From: Eledone cirrhosa | Lineage: Eukaryota | Reading direction: 5' to 3' | DNA: 64,000 nt | Assembly: GCA_964016885.1 (NCBI GenBank) | Contig: OZ024740.1 | Coordinates: 412,610,001 to 412,674,000 of the forward strand | Part shown: one piece after another, positions 57,404 to 64,000 of the stretch | How positions within the stretch are numbered: the stretch's first letter is position 1 | Layout: each line of letters begins with the position of its first letter | The notes under the pieces: generated by a model | What the model saw: the letters and a program-made list of their open reading frames with translations, nothing else | The model's database searches: none | What the model was told of the DNA's origin: nothing | Position numbers and translations under genes: made by a program

Positions 57404-60400
57404 TAGTGTGTATGGAGTTATGTATATGTGTGTAGAAAGTGTAGTGTGTATGGAGTTATGTATATGTGTGCAGAAGGTGTAGTGTGTATGGAGTTATGTA
57501 TATGTGTGTAGAAGGTGTAGTGTGTATGGAATTATGTGTATGTGTGTAGAAGGTGTATGTGTATGGAGTTATATATATGTGTGTTGAAGGTATAGTGTGT
57601 ATGGAGTTATGTGTATGTGTGTAGGTGTAGTGTGTATGGAGTTATGTATATGTGTGTAGGTGTAGTGTGTATGGAGTTATGTATATGTGTGTAGAAAGTA
57701 TAGTGTGTATGGAGTTATGTATATGTGTGTAGAAGTTGTATTGTGTATGGAGTTATGTCTATGTGTGTAGAAGGTGTAGTGTGTATGGAGTTATGTATAT
57801 GTGTGTAGAAGGTGTAGTGTGTATGGAATTATGTATATGCGTGTAGAAGGTGTAGTGTGTATGGAGTTATGTATATGTGTGTAGAAGGTGTAGTGTGTAT
57901 GGAGTTATGTATATGTGTGTAGAAGGTGTAGTGTGTATGGAGTTATGTATATGTGTGTAGAAGGTGTAGTGTGTATGGAGTTATGTATATGTGTGTAGAA
58001 GGTGTAGTGCGTATGGAGATATGTATATGTGTGTAGGTTTAGTGTGTATGGAATAATGTATATGTGTGTAGGTGTAGTGTGTATGGAGTTATGTGTATGT
58101 GTGTAGAAGGTGTAGTGTGTATGGAGTTATGTATATGTGTGTAGAAGGTGTAAATTGTATGGGGTTATGTGTATGTGTGTAGAAGGTGTAGTGTGTAGGG
58201 AGTTATGTATATGTGTGTAGGTGTAGTGTGTATGGAGTTATGTATATGTGTGTAGAAAGTGTAGTGTGTATGGAGTTAGGTATATGTGTGTAGAAGGTGT
58301 AGTGTGTATGGAGTTATGTATATGTGTGTAGAAAGTGTAGTGTGTATGGAATTATGTATATGTGTGTAGAAGGTGTAGTGTGTATGGAGTTATGTATATG
58401 TGTGTATGTGTAGTGTGTATGGAGTTATGTATATGTGTGTAGTAGGTGTAGTGTGTATGGAGTTATGTATATGTGTGTAGAAGTTGTAGTGTGTATGGAG
58501 TTATGTATATGTGTGTAGAAAGTGTAGTGTGTATGGAGTTATGTATATGTGTGTACAAGGTGTAGTGTGTATGGAGTTATGTATATGTGTGTAGAAAGTG
58601 TAGTGTGTATGGAGTTATGTATATGTGTGCAGAAGGTGTAGTGTGTATGGAGTTATGTATATGTGTGTAGAAGGTGTAGTGTGTATGGAATTATGTGTAT
58701 GTGTGTAGAAGGTGTATGTGTATGGAGTTATCTATATGTGTGTTGAAGGTATAGTGTGTATGGAGTTATGTGTATGTGTGTAGGTGTAGTGTGTATGGAG
58801 TTATGTATATGTGTGTAGGTGTAGTGTGTATGGAGTTATGTATATGTGTGTAGAAAGTATAGTGTGTATGGAGTTATGTATATGTGTGTAGAAGTTGTAT
58901 TGTGTATGGAGTTATGTCTATGTGTGTAGAAGGTGTAGTGTGTATTGAGTTATGTATATGTGTGTAGAAGGTGTAGTGTGTATGGAATTATGTATATGTG
59001 TGTAGAAGGTGTAGTGTGTATGGAGTTATGTATATGTGTGTAGAAGGTGTAGTGTGTATGGAGTTATGTATATGTGTGTAGAAGGTGTAGTGTGTATGGA
59101 GTTATGTATATGTGTGTAGAAAATGTAGTGTGTATGGAGTTATGTATATGTGTGCTGAAGCTGTAGTGTGTATGGAGTTATGTGTATATGTGTAGAAAGT
59201 GTAGTGTGTATGGAGTTATGTATATGTGTGCAGAAGGTGTAGTGTGTATGGAGTTATGTATATGTGTGTAGAAAGTGTAGTGTGTATGGAGTTATGTATA
59301 TGTGTGTAGAAGGTGTAGTGTGTATGGAGTTATGTATATGTGTGTAGAAGGTGTAGTGTGTATGGAGTTATGTATATGTGTGTAGAAGGTGTAGTGTGTA
59401 TGGAGTTATGTATATGTGTGTAGAAAGTGTAGTGTGTATGGAGTTATGTATATGTGTGCAGAAGGTGTAGTGTGTATGGAGTTATGTATATGTGTGTAGA
59501 AGGTGTAGTGTGTATGGAATTATCTGTATGTGTGTAGAAGGTGTAGTGTGTATGGAGTTATGTATATGTGTGTAGAAGGTATAGTGTGTATGGAGTTATG
59601 TGTATATGTGTAGGTGTAGTGTGTATGGAGTTATATATATGTGTGTAGGTGTAGTGTGTATGGAGTTATGTGTATGTGTGTTGAAGGTGTAGTATGCATG
59701 GAGTTATGTATATGTGTGTAGAAGGTGTAGTGTGTATGGAGTTATATACATGTGTGCAGAAGGTGTAGTGTGTATGGAGTTATGTATATGTGTGTAGAAG
59801 GTGTAGTGTATATGGAGTTATGTATATGTGTGTAGAAAATGTAGTGTGTATGGAGTTATGTATATGTGTGTAGAAGTTGTATTGTGTATGGAGTTATGTA
59901 TATGTGTGTAGAAGGTGTAGTGTGTATGGAGTTATGTATATGTGTGTAGAAGGTGTAGTGTGTATGGAATTATGTATATGTGTGTAGAAGGTGTAGTGTG
60001 TATGGAGTTATGTATATGTGTGTAGAAGGTGTAGTGTGTATGGAGTTATGTATATGTGTGTAGAAGGTGTAGTGTGTATGGAGTTATGTATATATGTGTA
60101 GAAGGTGTAGTGCGTATGGAGTTATGTATATGTGTGTAGGTTTAGTGTGTATGGAATAATGTATATGTGTGTAGGTGTAGTGTGTATGGAGTTATGTGTA
60201 TGTGTGTAGAAGGTGTAGTGTGTATGGAGTTATTTATATGTGTGTAGGTGTAGTGTGTATGGTGTTATGTATATGCGTGTAGAAGGTGTAAATTGTATGG
60301 GGTTATGTGTATGTGTGTAGGTGTAGTGTGTATGGAGTTATGTGTATGTGTGTAGAAGGTGTAGTGTGTATGGAGTTATGTATATGTGTGTAGAAGGTGT

Positions 60401-63400
60401 AAATTGTATGGGGTTATGTGTATGTGTGTAGAAGGTGTAGTGTGTATGGAGTTATGTATATGTGTGTAGGTGTAGTGTGTATGGAGTTATGTATATGTGT
60501 GTAGAAAGTGTAGTGTGTATGGAGTTAGGTATATGTGTGTAGAAGGTGTAGTGTGTATGGAGTTATGTATATGTGTGTAGAAAGTGTAGTGTGTATGGAA
60601 TTATGTATATGTGTGTAGAAGGTGTAGTGTGTATGGAGTTATGTATATGTGTGTAGAAGGTGTAGTGTGTATGGAGTTATATATATGTGTGTAGAAGGTG
60701 TAGTGTGTATGGAGTTATGTATATGTGTGTAGAAAGTGTAGTGTGTATGGAGTTATGTATATGTGTGTAGAAGGCGTAATGTGTATGGAGTTATGTATAT
60801 GTGTGTATGTGTAGTGTGTATGGAGTTATGTATATGTGTGTAGTAGGTGTAGTGTGTATCGAGTTATGTATGTGTGTGTAGAAGTTGTAGTGTGTATGGA
60901 GTTATGTATATGTGTCTAGAAAGTGTAGTGTGTATGGAGTTATGTATATGTGTGTACAAGCTGTAGTGTGTATGGAGTTATGTATATGTGTGTAGAAAGT
61001 GTAGTGTGTATGGAGTTATGTATATGTTTGCAGAAGGTGTAGTGTGTATGGAGTTATGTATATGTGTGTAGAAGGTGTAGTGTGTATGGAATTATGTGTA
61101 TGTGTGTAGAAGGTGTATGTGTATGGAGTTATGTATATGTGTGTAGAAGGTATAGTGTGTATGGAGTTATGTGTATGTGTGTAGATGTAGTGTGTATGGA
61201 GTTATGTATATGTGTGTAGGTGTAGTGTGTATGGAGTTATGTGTATGTGTGTTGAAGGTGTAGTATGCATGGAGTTATGTATATGTGTGTAGAAGGTGTA
61301 GTGTGTATGGAGTTATATACATGTGTGTAGAAGGTGTAGTGTGTATGGAGTTATGTATATGTGTGTAGAAGGTGTAGTGTGTATGGAGTTATGTATATGT
61401 GTGTAGAAAGTGTAGTGTGTATGGAGTTATGTATATGTGTGTAGAAGTTGTATTGTGTATGGAGTTATGTCTATGTGTGTAGAAGGTGTAGTGTGTATGG
61501 AGTTATGTATATGTGTGTAGAAGGTGTAGTGTGTATGGAGTTATGTATATGTGTGTAGAAGCTGTAGTGTGTATGGAGTTATGTATATGTGTGTAGAAGG
61601 TGTAGTGTGTATGGAGTTATGTATATGTGTGTAGAAGGTGTAGTGTGTATGGAGTTATGTATATGTGTGTAGAAGGTGTAGTGCGTATGGAGTTATGTAT
61701 ATGTGTGTAGGTTTAGTGTGTATGGAATAATGTATATGTGTGTAGGTGTAGTGTGTATGGAGTTATGTGTATGTGTGTAGAAGGTGTAGTGTGTATGGAG
61801 TTATTTATATGTGTGTAGGTGTAGTGTGTATGGAGTTATGTATATCCGTGTAGAAGGTGTAAATTGTATGGGGTTATGTGTATGTGTGTAGGTATAGTGT
61901 GTATGGAGTTATGTGTATGTGTGTAGAAGGTGTAGTGTGTATGGAGTTATGTATATGTGTGTAGAAGGTGTAAATTGTATGGGGTTATGTGTATGTGTGT
62001 AGGAGGTGTAGTGTGTAGGGAGTTATGTATATGTGTGTAGGTGTAGTGTGTATGGAGTTATGTATATGTGTGTAGAAAGTGTAGTGTGTATGGAGTTAGG
62101 TATATGTGTGTAGAAGGTGTAGTGTGTATGGAGTTATGTATATGTGTGTAGAAAGTGTAGTGTGTATGGAATTATGTATATGTGTGTAGAAGGTGTAGTG
62201 TGTATCGAGTTATGTATATGTGTGTAGAAGGTGTAGTGTGTATGGAGTTATATATATGTGTGTAGAAGGTGTAGTGTGTATGGAGTTATATACATGTGTG
62301 TAGAAGGTGTAGTGTGTATGGAGTTATGTATATGTGTGTAGAAGTTGTAGTGTGTATGGAGTTATGTATATGTGTGTAGAAAGTGTAGTGTGTATGGAGT
62401 TATGTATATGTGTGTAGAAGTTGTATTGTGTATGGAGTTATGTCTATGTGTGTAGAAGGTGTAGTGTGTATGGAGTTATGTATATGTGTGTAGAAGGTGT
62501 AGTGTGTATGGAATTATGTATATGTGTGTAGAAGGTGTAGTGTGTATGGAGTTATGTATATGTGTGTAGAAGGTGTAGTGTGTATGGAGTTATGTATATG
62601 TGTGTAGAAGGTGTAGTGTGTATGGAGTTATGTATATGTGTGTAGAAGGTGTAGTGTGTATGGAGTTATGTATATGTGTGTAGAAGGTGTAGTACGTATG
62701 GAGTTATGTATATGTGTGTAGGTTTAGTGTGTATGGAATAATGTATATGTGTGTAGGTGTAGTGTGTATGGAGTTATGTGTATGTGTGTAGAAGGTGTAG
62801 TGTGTATGGAGTTATTTATATGTGTGTAGGTGTAGTGTGTATTGATTTATGTATATGCGTGTAGAAGGTGTAAATTGTATGGGGTTATGTGTATGTGTGT
62901 AGGTGTAGTGTGTATGGAGTTATGTGTATGTGTGTAGAAGGTGTAGTGTGTATGGAGTTATGTATATGTGTGTAGAAGGTGTAAATTGTATGGGGTTATG
63001 TGTATGTGTGTAGAAGGTGTAGTGTGTATGGAGTTATGTATATGTGTGTAGGTGTAGTGTGTATGGAGTTATGTATATGTGTGTAGAAATTGTAGTGTGT
63101 ATGGAGTTAGGTATATGTGTGTAGAAGGTGTAGTGTGTATGGAGTTATGTATATGTGTGTAGAAAGTGTAGTGTGTATGGAATTATGTATATGTGTGTAG
63201 AAGGTGTAGTGTGTATAGAGTTATGTATATGTGTGTAGAAGGTGTAGTGTGTATGGAGTTATATATATGTGTGTAGAAGGTGTAGTGTGTATGGAGTTAT
63301 GTATATGTGTGTAGAAAGTGTAGTGTGTATGGAGTTATGTATATGTGTGTAGAAGGCGTAATGTGTATGGAGTTATGTATATGTGTGTAGAAGGTGTAGT

Positions 63401-64000
63401 GTGTATGGAGTTATGTATATGTGTGTAGGTGTTGTGTGTATTGGGTTGTGTATATGTGTGTAGAAAGTGTAGTGTGTATGGAGTTATGTATATGTGTGTA
63501 GAAGGTGTAGTGTGTATGGAGTTATGTATATGTGTGTAGAAAGTGTAGTGTGTATGGAATTATGTATATGTGTGTAGAAGGTGTAGTGTGTATGGAGTTA
63601 TGTATATGTGTGTAGAAAGTGTAGTGTGTATGGAGTTATGTATATGTGTGTAGAAGGTGTAGTGTGTATGGAGTTATGTATATGTGTGTATGTGTAGTGT
63701 GTATGGAGTTATGTATATGTGTGTTGTAGGTGTAGTGTGTATGGAGTTATGTATATGTGTGTAGAAGTTGTAGTGTGTATGGAGTTATGTATATGTGTGT
63801 AGAAAGTGTAGTGTGTATGGAGTTATGTATATGTGTGTACAAGCTGTAGTGTGTATGGAGTTATGTATATGTGTGTAGAAAGTGTAGTGTGTATGGAGTT
63901 ATGTATATGTGTGCAGAAGTTGTAGTGTGTATGGAGTTATGTATATGTGTGTAGAATGTGTAGTGTGTATGGAATTATGTGTATGTGTGTAGAAGGTGTA
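57404..64000. repeat. Second copy of the near-identical ~6.6 kb segment, running off the window end
   Basis: It carries the same private variants as 48750-55346 at +8654. The last bases of the window match the sequence ending at 55346. Confidence 0.9.

Larger units (their letters stand above)
1..64000. repeat. Tandem satellite/minisatellite array with a 38-bp monomer GTAGTGTGTATGGAGTTATGTATATGTGTGTAGAA(A/G)GT plus 35-bp variants; about 1,700 head-to-tail copies, truncated at both window ends
   Basis: Positions 1-38 recur directly at 39-76 and 77-114, and so on to 64000. Most units differ from consensus by 0-4 substitutions or by a 3-bp deletion (TAGAAGGT>TAGGT). I saw no unique sequence or orientation switch anywhere. 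Confidence 0.99.
42300..64000. repeat. Right sub-array (variant set B): ~8.2-8.7 kb higher-order repeat, about 2.5 copies visible
   Basis: Rare markers occur three times, at offsets of 8198 and then 8654: TGATTTATG at 45991/54189/62843 and TTGTAGG at 46872/55070/63724. Confidence 0.9.

Noticed and set aside
1-64000. CRISPR array (repeat length of 35-38 bp is in range)
   Set aside because: Units abut directly with no unique spacers, and there is no leader or cas gene. The variable 5-8 nt endings are point or deletion variants of one consensus.
1-64000. Repetitive protein-coding ORF (the commonest indel is 3 bp)
   Set aside because: The + strand has TAG at unit positions 2-4 and 31-33, and the - strand has TAA from TTA at 16-18. 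Both 38 and 35 equal 2 mod 3, so frames rotate and each frame normally meets a stop within three units (114 nt). The 3-bp deletion is explained by AG microhomology in TAGAAGG.
1-64000. Long ORF under a TAA/TAG-reassigned (ciliate-type) genetic code
   Set aside because: Openness would follow trivially from base composition. Frameshifting -1, -2, -14 and +1 indels are tolerated and propagated, and I see no codon-position bias.
1-64000. G-quadruplex or strong Z-DNA array
   Set aside because: The consensus has only one or two GG doublets per 38 bp and GGGG variants are isolated. The alternating tracts are short (16 bp or less), rich in TA steps and lack CG.
1-64000. Transcription factor sites (T-box-like AGGTGT, D-box-like TTATGTAT, Rap1-like CCATACA on the - strand)
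   Set aside because: These are short, imperfect matches expected in low-complexity sequence, with no organism or promoter context.
1-64000. Embedded transposon, inversion, tRNA/rRNA or unique island
   Set aside because: I found no non-monomer stretch. An inversion would appear as C-rich sequence on the + strand, and none is present.
1-64000. Assignment to a named satellite family or organism, or nucleosome-length phasing (4x38=152, 5x38=190)
   Set aside because: I do not recognise the monomer, and a Dfam/Repbase/BLAST search would be needed. I saw no consistent 4- or 5-unit periodicity among the variants.

Overview
The whole 64 kb window is one uninterrupted, single-orientation tandem array of a 38-bp monomer, GTAGTGTGTATGGAGTTATGTATATGTGTGTAGAA(A/G)GT, with a frequent 35-bp deletion variant. 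There are roughly 1,700 units (64,000/~37.5), and the array runs off both ends. The consensus has 13-14 G, 9-10 A, 15 T and no C on the + strand. I see no genes, RNA genes, CRISPR spacers or mobile elements. The real structure lies in the order of variant monomers. A left domain (~1-30 kb) has irregular ~2.2-4.2 kb higher-order blocks, a mixed zone spans ~30.5-42.3 kb, and a right domain (~42.3-64 kb) is built from an ~8.2-8.7 kb higher-order repeat made of five 1.0-2.1 kb sub-blocks. This looks like eukaryotic satellite/minisatellite DNA, but I cannot assign an organism, a named family or a function. I found no evidence for a new coding system. Offsets were measured by hand from rare marker variants, and block boundaries are approximate.
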